This document shows positions 51,196 to 61,600 of a stretch of DNA of 64,000 nt, one piece after another. The stretch spans positions 864,001 through 928,000 of the forward strand of contig CAWETI010000002.1 of the NCBI GenBank assembly GCA_963812015.1. The letters are read 5' to 3'. Under the pieces are notes generated by a model. It saw only the letters and a program-made list of their open reading frames with translations. It had not been told where the DNA came from and ran no database searches. Source of the DNA: an uncultured delta proteobacterium. GTDB lineage: Bacteria > Desulfobacterota > Desulfobaccia > Desulfobaccales > 0-14-0-80-60-11. Numbering within the stretch: the first letter of the stretch is position 1; each line of letters begins with the position of its first letter. The position numbers were made by a program, and so were the translations under genes.

Positions 51196-51771
51196 TCAGG
51201 TATTAAAATTCAAAGCCAGGAAATCTTTTTCCGTGAGGCCCCATCTTTTTTCCGCTTCGTCAGCGCTGATGGCGATGGCCATCAGGCCGATAACCTTATC
51301 CTGGCGGATGAGGGGGGCGCAGATGAGATAAAGCTGGGCGCCGTCCTGCAGAAAGAGCCGCTGCTGCTGGATTTTTTTGCTATTGATGGCTTTAATCACC
51401 AGGTCATAGTTGGAGAAATTCTTGTTTTCCTTCGTGGGCGGGTGAACTGCCAAAGTCTCGCCGGTTGCGTTCAAGATGCCGATTTGAAAAGGACACATGC
51501 GGCACAATTTCACGGTCTGGGGCTCAACTTTTTCCAGGGCGCCCGCAATTTTCGCCACGTCCTTGTTGGCGACTGGCTCCAACAGGGGGGCGGCGAGAGT
51601 GTTGATGCAAGTTTTTATTTCTTTCTTAAAGGTGGCGGCCGCAGGGCTCAACGGGGCCTCCTGGGCCTGGCAGCCCCAGAAAAGTAGGGCCGCACACACC
51701 AGGGTCAGCCAGAGATAGGTCCCCAACCTGAATTTCCGGTTCAAAAAGATGCACCTCACATTTTTTTCCAA
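51196..51771 (-). CDS. Putative lipoprotein with Cache/PAS-like sensor fold
   Basis: LFWG-C lipobox, IGILN..GE.LAV.P and ICAPLI..DKVIG...IAI pattern; start uncertain. Confidence 0.55.
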   Translation of the reverse strand: MEKNVRCIFLNRKFRLGTYLWLTLVCAALLFWGCQAQEAPLSPAAATFKKEIKTCINTLAAPLLEPVANKDVAKIAGALEKVEPQTVKLCRMCPFQIGILNATGETLAVHPPTKENKNFSNYDLVIKAINSKKIQQQRLFLQDGAQLYLICAPLIRQDKVIGLMAIAISADEAEKRWGLTEKDFLALNFNT

Positions 51772-52065
51772 CTTAACTTATATGCCGTTACTTATATCCT
51801 ATTTGCCCTTTACCTGACAAGAGAATCGAGGCGATTTTTGGCAAAAATGCTTGAGAGGCGCCCCAGTCTGAAGATAGAGGTTTTGGAAACTACTTGGGGA
51901 CCGGTTAACCCGCGGCTCAGAAAAACTCAACGGCCGGTTGACAAACGCCAGCCAACCCGAGTATGATAGCCAGAGAACAAAAGTGCGATAATCAAGCATA
52001 ACTGCGGGCCGACCGGATAACAACCCGTGAGGCGTCAATCATTCCATACCCAGGAGGATGAGGGT

Positions 52066-52335
52066 ATGCCAGGTTTCAAGGAAAAAGGACCGTGGGGAGG
52101 CGGCCTTCGTTGGGGCAAAGGCTGGTGCTCTTACCGCCGGGAGGGCGATTATGGGTTGCCAGGTTACGGTCCGGCCATGTGGTGGGACATCCCGGCTGCC
52201 AGGTCTTATGCCACCCCGGAAGAGGAACTGGCGGATCTGAGGTGCCGGGTCCAGATGCTGGCCCGGGAATTGGAGATGGTTTACCGACGCATCGCCGAGA
52301 TGGAGCAGGAAGTTGATCAGACCCTGGACGGTTAG
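52066..52335 (+). CDS. Small DUF5320-like protein
   Basis: MPG...GP.G.G...G.G.C start, then E.E...L coiled coil; CAGGAGG upstream. Confidence 0.6.
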   Translation: MPGFKEKGPWGGGLRWGKGWCSYRREGDYGLPGYGPAMWWDIPAARSYATPEEELADLRCRVQMLARELEMVYRRIAEMEQEVDQTLDG

Positions 52336-52356
52336 GGGCAGTCTGCTCCTTAACCG

Positions 52357-52530
52357 ATGGAGGCCAGGGCCGCCGGGTTGATCGAAGGCGTCTGCCGGGC
52401 CTGCGCCACCAAGACCGGGTCGCTGGCCGAGGCTCAGGCCCAGGGGTTGCCCTTGCTGGACGACATGAGCGGCCATCCCAGCCTGGGGCGCTATCTGGAA
52501 GCCGGCTTTACCTTACTGAACTTTCTAATT
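52357..52530 (+). pseudogene. C-terminal remnant of a DsrE-like protein
   Basis: GLIEGVCRACA.K.G...MSGHPSLGRYLEAGF; N-terminal half absent and natural stop apparently shifted out of frame. Confidence 0.55.
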
Positions 52531-52587
52531 TTCCCGGGACCGACACCCGCAGCTACCGAAAACACCGAGAATTTCTCCGCCCGTTCC

Positions 52588-53037
52588 TCACACTCCTTTC
52601 TCAGAGCACTCCCGGGATTCGGCCTCAGCCAGGGCCAGTTTGGCCTTTAGCAGTTTCCGGTACTTGGCGGCGGCCTTGTTCAGGTCCTTGGCCGCCATGG
52701 CCTTGAGGAGGTCGCCCTCCAGTTCGGCCACATCCAGGCGCTGGTAGTAGTCCATGGTCTCCTTGAGGTGGGCCAGGACGATCTTGCCCGTCAAGATGGG
52801 ATGATTGTTGGTGACGTTGGCGTCCTTAAAGCGGGTGCCGTGTTCCAGCTCCACCTCCAGGCCGGCGACGAAGGCCTCCAGGGGGATGGGCATGCCCTCG
52901 GTATTGACCTCCTGAAGAATCACCCGGGCCTCCTCGGGCCTTACCTTGGCATCCGCCATTTGGGTCCAGTCCCGGATGTTGAGCGCCTTGCAGACTCGCT
53001 GCACTTCCTCCACGGTGACATATACGGAAAGTTCCAT
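52588..53037 (-). CDS. Conserved hypothetical protein (DUF5661-like)
   Basis: GLEVELEHG, TGKIVLAHLKE..DYY.RL; AAGGAG RBS. Confidence 0.7.
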   Translation of the reverse strand: MELSVYVTVEEVQRVCKALNIRDWTQMADAKVRPEEARVILQEVNTEGMPIPLEAFVAGLEVELEHGTRFKDANVTNNHPILTGKIVLAHLKETMDYYQRLDVAELEGDLLKAMAAKDLNKAAAKYRKLLKAKLALAEAESRECSEKGV

Positions 53038-53156
53038 GACCTGCTCCTTTCTTGGAGAAATATCTTGGTAAAAAGATCCCGGGGCAGGGAAACCCCGCCC
53101 TTATAGTGCGGTAGGTCGAAGCTGCCCGGCACGAGGTTCCTCGCCGGGTCTCCCTC

Positions 53157-54359
53157 TTACCTCAGGCGCTTAAAGTCAAAATCCGGCTGAGCCAGTTCGT
53201 CTTTAAGCAGACTGACGTCCTGTTGCTTTTGGATGGCGGCCTGGATTTCAGCGCTGCCCCGGATATCCCCCAGGAGAATGGCACCCACCAGACGGTTGTC
53301 CTGCATCACCAGCTTGCGGTAGGTCTTTTGGGCCGCATCCGTGTGGACGATGGCTTTAAGCTTGCCGTCGGCGTCGATATCCCCGGCGGCCACCAGGTCG
53401 ATCCCCACCACCTTGAGGACGTTGGACGGCAGCGTGCCGGCATAGGTCGCCGCCTGGCCCGCCATGGCGGCGCCGGCCACCCGGCCCTGCTCCAGGGCGG
53501 CGGGCCAGATGCCATAAAACCGCCCCCGGTGTTCGATGAGGTCCCCGGCGGCGTAGACGTCGTCCCGGGAGGTTTTCATGGTGTCATCCACCTTGACCCC
53601 TTTGTCGATGTCCAGACCCAGGGCCTGGGCCAGGACAAGGTCCGGCCGCACCCCGGCGGAAATGAGCACCAGCTCCCCCTTGAGCTTCTCGCCGCTTTCC
53701 AGACAGACCTGGAGGCCGTCCGGGCCGGTGACGATCTCCCGGGTCTTGGCCCCCAGATAAAAGGTAAAGCCCAGATCCTCCATCTGCCGCGCCAGGATGG
53801 CGGCGCCGGGGACGTCCATCTGGCGGGGCAACAGCCGGGGAAAAAACTCCACCACGACGACCTTCAGGCCCAGCTTGCGCAGGCCGTTGCCGGCCTCGAG
53901 ACCCAAAAGGCCGCCGCCGATCAGCACCGCGGTTTTGGCCTGGGCCGCCTTTTGCTTGAGGCGGTCGGCATCGGCCAGGGTCCGCAGGGTGAAAACCCCG
54001 GGGGCGTCGGCCCCTGGGAGGGGAGGCACAAAGGAGTTGCCGCCGGTGGCCAGGAGGAGTTTGTCGAAGAAAAAGCGCGCCCCCTGGTCGGTCTCCACAA
54101 ATTTTTGATCGGGGTCGATCTTCGTAACCCGGGTGTCCAGGTACAGGTCGATCCCGTGCTGGTCGTACCAGTTCTGGCGATGAATGATGATCTGGTCCGC
54201 GGCTTTTTCTCCGGCCACATACTCCGGCAGGGCGGGCACATAGTAGAAGGGCCGGGACTCCCGGGAAAACATGACAATCTTGCCTTGAGGGTCATATTTG
54301 CGGATGCTTTCCGCCGCGGCATTGCCCGCTACGCCATTGCCGATAATCAGATACGTCAT
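53157..54359 (-). CDS. FAD/NAD(P)H oxidoreductase (NADH:rubredoxin oxidoreductase-like)
   Basis: IIGNGVAG, LLLATG, IGGGLLGLE, YAAGD, W..A..QG; start at MTYLII after AAGGAG. Confidence 0.88.
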   Translation of the reverse strand: MTYLIIGNGVAGNAAAESIRKYDPQGKIVMFSRESRPFYYVPALPEYVAGEKAADQIIIHRQNWYDQHGIDLYLDTRVTKIDPDQKFVETDQGARFFFDKLLLATGGNSFVPPLPGADAPGVFTLRTLADADRLKQKAAQAKTAVLIGGGLLGLEAGNGLRKLGLKVVVVEFFPRLLPRQMDVPGAAILARQMEDLGFTFYLGAKTREIVTGPDGLQVCLESGEKLKGELVLISAGVRPDLVLAQALGLDIDKGVKVDDTMKTSRDDVYAAGDLIEHRGRFYGIWPAALEQGRVAGAAMAGQAATYAGTLPSNVLKVVGIDLVAAGDIDADGKLKAIVHTDAAQKTYRKLVMQDNRLVGAILLGDIRGSAEIQAAIQKQQDVSLLKDELAQPDFDFKRLR

Positions 54360-54522
54360 GCCGGTCTCCTTTGGGCTCATTACGATCCATCCGTTATGGT
54401 TGTCCTCCGCCTGGCCGGTGGCGGCGAGGTGCGGGAGGTTCCTCAAGCTTGATATGGCGGGCCCGGGCTGATTACCTCATCAGGCCGGGAGGCCCACCCC
54501 GCCCCCCGGAACTTTATGGCGC

Positions 54523-54909
54523 TTAACGGTCGCCGGATCCCACCACCGGCAAGACCTGGTCGACCTTGAAGAAGACCAGGAACCGGGGACCTTCCTTCTT
54601 TTCCTGTTCCTCCGGATAGGTGCGGCGGCGCAGGGCATAGAGCAGATCGCTATCCTGCTCCTCCTGGATTTTGGTGAGATAGAGCCGATGGCCTTTATAG
54701 CCGGGGCCCGTTTCCAGAAACAGATAGGCCGCCTGGGGGTTGGATTGCAGGTGGTTATGGGTCAGCCGGTGGGGCATGATGAAGGCCACGGTGCCGTCCG
54801 CCATGACGTGGGGCCGGGCGAAAACCGCCACGTTAACCCGGCCGGCCGCGTCAGCCGTGGCCAGCACCCCGTGGCCCTGGGTATTCTCAAAGTACGCTTT
54901 CAGGTCCAT
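54523..54909 (-). CDS. Pyridoxamine 5'-phosphate oxidase-like FMN-binding protein
   Basis: GVLATAD..G..NVA..ARP and NP.AAYLF.E..G.RLYL. Confidence 0.8.
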   Translation of the reverse strand: MDLKAYFENTQGHGVLATADAAGRVNVAVFARPHVMADGTVAFIMPHRLTHNHLQSNPQAAYLFLETGPGYKGHRLYLTKIQEEQDSDLLYALRRRTYPEEQEKKEGPRFLVFFKVDQVLPVVGSGDR

Positions 54910-54985
54910 GTTATCCTCCCGATGACTCTGAAGGGAACGGCGGCGAGCGATGGGACCCGCCTTCCCAAAACCCCGGTAGATAGCT

Positions 54986-55029
54986 TAATAGAACTATTAT
55001 TGATTAATAACGGTTATCAAGAATGTCAA
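54986..55029 (-). promoter_or_regulatory. Fur/PerR-like operator overlapping a sigma70 promoter
   Basis: TTAATAAC-G-GTTATCAA (55004-55020) and TAATAG-AA-CTATTA palindromes directly downstream of TTGACA (minus strand, 55024-55029). Confidence 0.55.
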
Positions 55030-55163
55030 GGCGCCGGGGGGGTTTTGTCCAAGAACCGCGGGTATCATCCAGGGATGGCCCGGGAAAGGTGGGGGCGGCC
55101 GCCAATCAATAATTCGCTCCCAAGCGATAAAAAAACTTGACGGGTCGCGAGAAAAAGATAATA

Positions 55164-55179
55164 TACCGACCAGTCAGTA
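55164..55179. promoter_or_regulatory. Putative TetR autoregulatory operator
   Basis: TACCGAC-CA-GTCAGTA imperfect palindrome just upstream of the tetR start. Confidence 0.55.
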
Positions 55180-55200
55180 CACTTACAAGGATTTGAGACG

Positions 55201-55746
55201 ATGAGTCCCCGGCCGCATTCCCGCGAAGTCATATTGGACGCAGCTGAGATGCTCGTGTTTGACGTCGGCGCCGCCCACCTGACTTTCGAGGCGGTGGCTG
55301 AAAGGGCCGGGGTCAGCAAGGGGGGCTTGGTCTATCACTTCCCCACGAAAGAGGCATTGCTTGAAGCCATGGTGTCCCGGCTGATCAAGCGTTTTACCGA
55401 AAGACAGACCGAGGCCGCCGTTAGCCTCCCGGCCGGACCGAAACGCGAGTTGGCGGCTTATGTGATGGCGGCGCTCACGGAAACCGAAGAATCCAAACGC
55501 CTCGGGGCCTCCCTCCTCGCCGCCTCGGCCAATAATCCCAAGTTGCTCGATCCGGTGCGGGCATATTTCCGGGAGTGGTTTGCCAAGCTGGGTGCCACCG
55601 GCTTGACGTTTGAACGGGCGGCGGTTATCTCCCTGGCGGTGGATGGCCTCTGGCTGCTGGAGCTTTTGCAACTGTCGCCCCTGGACCAGACGCGACGGGA
55701 GGGGGTGACCCGGGAAATCTTTCGGCTCATGGACGGGAGCGCATGA
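55201..55746 (+). CDS. TetR/AcrR-family regulator
   Basis: ILDAA..LT.EAVA.RAGVSKGGL.YHFPTKEALL HTH. Confidence 0.93.
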   Translation: MSPRPHSREVILDAAEMLVFDVGAAHLTFEAVAERAGVSKGGLVYHFPTKEALLEAMVSRLIKRFTERQTEAAVSLPAGPKRELAAYVMAALTETEESKRLGASLLAASANNPKLLDPVRAYFREWFAKLGATGLTFERAAVISLAVDGLWLLELLQLSPLDQTRREGVTREIFRLMDGSA

Positions 55747-57356
55747 TGCCTGAGGATCTCATCCGCCGGGGACGGGGCCGGGCCTGGATTGCCGTGGCCC
55801 TTCTGGCCGGCCTGGTGAGCGGCTGCGCCATGGTGGGGCCGGACTACGTGCGCCCCCCGGTCAAGGTGGAGCAGACCTGGATGGAGACCGCCGACAAACG
55901 GCTGCACACCGCCTCAGCGAACTATAAAGACTGGTGGCAGGCCTTCAAGGACCCGACCCTCAACCAGCTCATCGACAGCGCCTACCGGGAGAACCTGACC
56001 CTCCAGATTGCCGGGGTGCGGGTCCTGGCGGCCCGGGCCCAACTGGGTATTGCCACCGGCCAGCTCTATCCCCAGACCCAACAAGCCACCGGCTCGCTGC
56101 AAAAGGAACGAATAAGCCCCGGGGGCCTTATTACCGGTTCACCCCAAGGTTCATCGTCTTTCGGTGGCATGAGTCTCTATCAAGCCCAGGTCGGTCTGAC
56201 GGCCAGCTGGGAATTGGATTTTTGGGGCAAATTTCGCCGGAACATCCAATCCGCCGATGCCAGCCTCCAGGCGAGCATCGCCGATTATGACAATGTCCTG
56301 GTCAGCCTGACCGCCGATGTCGCCAGCAGCTATATCCTCATGCGCACCCTGGAAAAACGACTGGCCATCGCCAACGAAAACGTCCGCATCCAGACCGAGA
56401 GCTTGCAGATCGCCCAGGCGCGGTTCGTGGGCGGCACCACCTCGGAACGGGACGTGGAACAGGCCAAAACCATCCTGGCCAATACTCAGGCGACCATCCC
56501 CACCATAGAGAGCCAGTTGCGCCAGACCAAAAACGCCCTGTGCGTGCTGTTGGGCCTGCCGCCCCATGACCTGGCCAACCTGTTGGCGGGTAAAGCGGTA
56601 ATTCCCGCGCCGCCGCCCCAGGTGGCGGTGGGGATTCCCGCCGACCTGATCCGGCGGCGGCCGGATATCCGGGCCGCGGAATTTCGGGCCGCGGCCCAAT
56701 GCGACCAAATTGGGGTATCCAAGGCTCAACTCTTCCCGGCTTTTTCCCTGACCGGGACCTTTGGCCCTCAATCGATTGATGTGGGAACGGCCACGCTGGC
56801 TAACCTGTTCAACTGGCGCAACCGGGCCGGCTCCATGGGCCCGACCCTGCAGTGGAATATCCTTAACTATGGGCAAATCACCAACGACGTCCGGTTCCAG
56901 GACGCCCGGTTCCAGGAATTGCTCATTGCGTATCAGAACTCGGTCCTCAAAGCCCAGCAGGAGGTGGAGGACAACCTGGTGGCGTTCCTGAAGGCCCAGG
57001 AACGGGCCAGGTTTCTGTCCGATAGCACCACCGCGGCGATGCGGTCGCTGGAGCTGGCGGTCCTGCAGTACCGGGAGGGGATCACCGATTTCACCACCGT
57101 CCTGACGGCCCAGCAGGCCCTGTTGAGCGAGCAGGACAGCCTGGCCACCACCCTGGGAGACATCTCCCGGAATCTGGTGGGGGTATATCGGGCCTTGGGG
57201 GGCGGCTGGGAGATTCGGGAAGGACAGGATTTTGTGCCGGCGTCCATCAGAGAGACCATGGCCGGGCGCACCAATTGGGGCCGCCTGCTGGCCCCGGTGG
57301 CGGAAGTCACGGCCCCGACAGGTCAAGGTCGCCTGATTCGTGCCCCGGACTGGTAA
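55743..57356 (+). CDS. Efflux outer-membrane factor lipoprotein (NodT/OprM family)
   Basis: SGC.VGPDY lipobox, WELDFWG, RRPDI, ALGGGW. Confidence 0.93.
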   Translation: MMPEDLIRRGRGRAWIAVALLAGLVSGCAMVGPDYVRPPVKVEQTWMETADKRLHTASANYKDWWQAFKDPTLNQLIDSAYRENLTLQIAGVRVLAARAQLGIATGQLYPQTQQATGSLQKERISPGGLITGSPQGSSSFGGMSLYQAQVGLTASWELDFWGKFRRNIQSADASLQASIADYDNVLVSLTADVASSYILMRTLEKRLAIANENVRIQTESLQIAQARFVGGTTSERDVEQAKTILANTQATIPTIESQLRQTKNALCVLLGLPPHDLANLLAGKAVIPAPPPQVAVGIPADLIRRRPDIRAAEFRAAAQCDQIGVSKAQLFPAFSLTGTFGPQSIDVGTATLANLFNWRNRAGSMGPTLQWNILNYGQITNDVRFQDARFQELLIAYQNSVLKAQQEVEDNLVAFLKAQERARFLSDSTTAAMRSLELAVLQYREGITDFTTVLTAQQALLSEQDSLATTLGDISRNLVGVYRALGGGWEIREGQDFVPASIRETMAGRTNWGRLLAPVAEVTAPTGQGRLIRAPDW

Positions 57357-57392
57357 AGGGGGCAGAACCGCAGGGCGGGATGGAACGATGGG

Positions 57393-58685
57393 GTGGTCAT
57401 GCCAGTCATATCAAGCAATGCTCCTGAAATGAGGTTTGATTCCATGCACAATGGGGGGAAGGCCCAGAACCTGACGGTGGGGGGAAGACCGGCGCCACGG
57501 CCGCGCCGCCGCGCCCTGGCCGCGCTGATCAGCCTGGCGATCCTGGCGATGAGCGCCGCCTGTGGCGACCGGAACGCCTACGTGCCGCCGCCGCCTCCCA
57601 AGGTGACGGTGAGTCAGCCGGTGCAACGGCCCGTGACCGATTACCTGGAATTCACCGGCAACACCCAGGCCATTAACACGGTGCAACTCCGGGCCCGGGT
57701 CGAAGGCTACCTGGAGCAGGTCTATTTCAAAGACGGCGACCGGGTCAAGAAAGGGCAGTTGCTCTTTCTGATTCAGCAGAACACCTACGAAGCCAAACTC
57801 AAGCAGGCGGAGGCGGACATTCTCGCCCAGAAGGCCAAACTCTTCCATGCCCAAACCGAATATGCCCGGTTCACCAAACTGGTGACCCAGAAGGCCGCCG
57901 CCCAGACGGATGTGGACAATTGGCTCTATCAACGGGATGCGGCCCAGGCCGCGCTCGTGTCCGCCGAGGCGCAACGGGACCTGTCCAGGCTCAACCTGAG
58001 CTACACCAAGGTGACCTCGCCCTTCGATGGCCGCATCGGCCGTCGTCTGAAAGACCCCGGTAACCTCGTGGGCGTCGGCGAAGCCACCCTTCTGGCCGAT
58101 GTCGATCAGATCGACCCCCTCTATGTCTACTTCACCATGAATGAACGGGACCTCCTGGACATCACCCAGACCACCAAGGAATCGGTGGGAGCTGTGATTC
58201 GCAAGGACGTCCCCCTGTATCTCGGTCTCGCCAATGAGGATGGTTATCCCCACAATGGCTACCTGGACTTCGCCAGCATCAGCCTTAACGCCACCACCGG
58301 CACCTTGACGATGCGGGGGGTCTTCCCCAATCCCAAGGGCATGATGCTGCCGGGTTTGTTCGCCAAGGTCCGCGCCCCGGTGACCCACAACAAGTCCGCC
58401 CTGCTCATCCCCCAAGAGGCCATCGGCTACGACCAACTGGGCCCCTACGTGTTGGTGGTGGACGACAAAAACGTCGTCCAGCGCCGGAGTGTCAAACTGG
58501 GGACCCAGGAGGAGGGCCTCATCGTCATCGCCGAAGGGGTGACGGCGCCTGAGTGGATCATCACCAACGGCCTCTTCCAGGCCATCCCGGGGAAACAGGT
58601 GACTCTCGTCAAGGCATCGGCTTCGAACTCGGCGCCGCCACCGGCCCCGGAGCCCGGCGGGCAACTCAAGAAAGCCGCCCCATGA
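57393..58685 (+). CDS. RND periplasmic adaptor subunit
   Basis: RARV.GYL...F.DG..VKKG, SPFDG.IG, LPGLF; start codon uncertain. Confidence 0.9.
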   Translation: MVMPVISSNAPEMRFDSMHNGGKAQNLTVGGRPAPRPRRRALAALISLAILAMSAACGDRNAYVPPPPPKVTVSQPVQRPVTDYLEFTGNTQAINTVQLRARVEGYLEQVYFKDGDRVKKGQLLFLIQQNTYEAKLKQAEADILAQKAKLFHAQTEYARFTKLVTQKAAAQTDVDNWLYQRDAAQAALVSAEAQRDLSRLNLSYTKVTSPFDGRIGRRLKDPGNLVGVGEATLLADVDQIDPLYVYFTMNERDLLDITQTTKESVGAVIRKDVPLYLGLANEDGYPHNGYLDFASISLNATTGTLTMRGVFPNPKGMMLPGLFAKVRAPVTHNKSALLIPQEAIGYDQLGPYVLVVDDKNVVQRRSVKLGTQEEGLIVIAEGVTAPEWIITNGLFQAIPGKQVTLVKASASNSAPPPAPEPGGQLKKAAP

Positions 58686-61600
58686 TCTCCGAATTTTTCA
58701 TCGATCGGCCGATTTTCGCCAACGTCATCGCCATCGTCACCGTCATTTTGGGGCTGGTGTGTCTGTTCATGTTGCCGGTGGCGCAGTATCCGGAAATCGT
58801 GCCCCCCACCATCCAGGTGACCACGATGTATCCCGGGGCCAGCGCCGAGGTCATCGCCAACACCGTGGGGATTCCCATCGAACAGGCGGTCAACGGCGTG
58901 GAAGGCTCCATTTACATGTCGTCCACCAGTTCCAGTTCCGGGAATTACACCCTCACCGTGACCTTTGGAGTGGGCACCAATCTCAATGCGTCATTGACCC
59001 TGGTGCAGAACATGGTCAACGGCGCCACCGCCCAGCTTCCCGAAACGGTGCAGGCCCAGGGCGTCACCGTACGGAAGGTCTCCACCAACATCTTGCAGGT
59101 GATCAGCCTCTACTCCGATGATGACCGCTATGATGCGACCTATCTCTCCAACTACGGCATCATCAACCTGCAATACCCCCTGGGCCGTCTGGCCGGGGTG
59201 GGCCAGGTCCAGGTGTTCGGCGCCGGCCCCTACAGCATGCGGGTCTGGCTGGACCCCAACAAACTCAAGTACTACAACCTCACCACGCTGGATGTGGTCA
59301 ACGCCATCCAACAGCAAAACGTCCAGGTGGTGGCGGGTCGATTGGGGGCCCCGCCGGTGCCGCCCGATCAAGCCTTGCAGTTCACCGTTAACGCCTTGGG
59401 CCGGCTTGCCGACGTCAAGCAATTCCAGGATATCATCGTCAAGAGCGAGCGCAGCGACCAAGGGGAAACCGCACAGTTGGTGCGGGTGCGGGATATTGCC
59501 CGGGTCGATTTGGACCAGCAATATTACAGCAATTTTGGCGGCCTGACCGGGAAGCAATCGGCCCAAATCATGGTCTTCGCCCTGCCCGGGGCCAATGCCC
59601 TTGACGTCGGCGACAAGGTGAAAGCGGCCATGGCCGAGATGAGCCAGACCTTCCCGGCGGGGCTGAAACACGGGATTTATTACGACACCACCAAGTTCAT
59701 CGGCCAGGCCATTCACTCGGTCTATGTCACCTTATTTGAGGCCGGACTCCTGGTGCTCATCGTCATCATGGTGTTTCTGCAAAATTGGCGGGCCATGCTG
59801 GTCCCGGCCACCACCGTCCCGGTCACCATTATCGGCGCGTTTGCGGCCATGGCCTTGCTGGGCTTCACGGTCAACCTGATGACCCTGTTTGCCCTCATTC
59901 TGGCCATCGGCATCGTGGTGGACGACGCCATCGTCATTGTCGAGAATTGCTCTTTTTACATCGAGAAAGGCCTCCACCCCCGGGAGGCGGCCATCAAGGC
60001 CATGCAAGAGTTGACCGGGCCGGTGATCGGCATCACCCTGGTGCTCACCGCGGTATTTTTGCCCGCCGCCTTTATGCCGGGCATCACCGGGCAGCTCTTT
60101 CGGCAATTCGCCCTGGTCATCGCCTCCACCGCCATCATCAGCGCCCTCAATGCCCTGACCCTGAAGCCGACCCAGTGCGCCCTCTGGTTGCGCCCCCATG
60201 TTAAAAAGGAACCCAACCTGTTTTACCGGGGGTTCAACCAGGCCTACGGGGTGGTGGAGCACGCCTACGTCCTCCTCATCCAGTGGATGGTCGAGCGCAC
60301 CGGACTCATGGTGCTGGTGTTCATTGCCGTCATTGCCCTGGCCGGCTGGCGGTTTACCCAACAGCCCACCGGTTTCCTGCCCACGGAAGACCAGGGCTAC
60401 GCCATGGTGTTGGCTAGGCTGCCCGAAGGCGCGGCCCAACCCCGGGTTAAACGGACCTCGGACCAGATCGATGCCATCCTCAAGCGGGCTCAAGGGGTCG
60501 AGGCCTGGGTGACCGTGGGGGGGTATTCCATCCTGGACGCCACCAACGTCTCCAACATTATGACCACCTTCGTGATTTACCAGGATTGGAGTAAGCGGGG
60601 GGCCAAGTTAACCCAGGACCATATCGTCGGCGCCTTGCAGCGGGAGTTCTTTGCCATTCAGGAGGCCCAGGTCGTGGTGCTGGTGCCGCCGCCCATCGCC
60701 GGCCTGGGCCAGTCCGGGGGCTTCCAGATGATGGTGGAGGACCGCGGCAGTCTGGGGTTGGGTGAGCTGGAGAAGGCGACCATGGAGGTCATACGGGCCG
60801 CAACCGGCCAATCCGGGTTGGGGGGCATGGCCACCACCTTCAGCGCTCGCAGCCCCCAAATCTATCTCGACATCGACCGGACCAAGGCCGAGTCGCTCAA
60901 TATTCCCCTGAACAACGTCTTCGACACCCTCCAGGCCTACCTGGGGTCCACGTATGTCAATCTGTTCAACAAGTTCAACCAGGTGTTCCAGGTCTACGTC
61001 CAGGCCGACGCGGCCTACCGCCTGCAACCCGAGGACATCAAGAGCCTTTACGTCCGCAATCTCAAAAAGGAAATGGTGCCCCTGGGCACCCTCCTGAAGA
61101 TCAATCGGACCCTGGGTTCAGAATTGGTCACCCGCTACAACCTCTATCCCGCGGCATCCATTTTCGGGGGGGCGGCCCCGGGCTTCAGCTCGGGAGAGGC
61201 CCTCAAACTGATGGGACAGGTGGCGCAAAACACCCTGCCCCGGGGCATGGCCTACGACTGGACCGCTACCTCCTTCCAGGAAAAGGAGGTGGGCAACCAG
61301 GCCTACTTCATTTACGCCCTGTCCATCACCCTGGTGTTCCTGGTCCTGGCGGCCCAATACGAAAACTGGTTTAACCCGGCGGCGGTTATTCTGGTGGTGC
61401 CCATCGCCATGGTGGGCGTCCTGCTGGGCCTGATGGTCCGGGACTTCGACAACAATATCTATACCCAGGTGGGCCTTGTGTTGATGATCGCCCTGGCCAG
61501 CAAGAACGCCATCCTGGTGGTGGAGTTCGCCCGGGAACTGCGGGAGAGCGGTATGTCCATCACCGAGGCCGCGGTGGAGGCCACCCGCCGCCGCTTCCGC

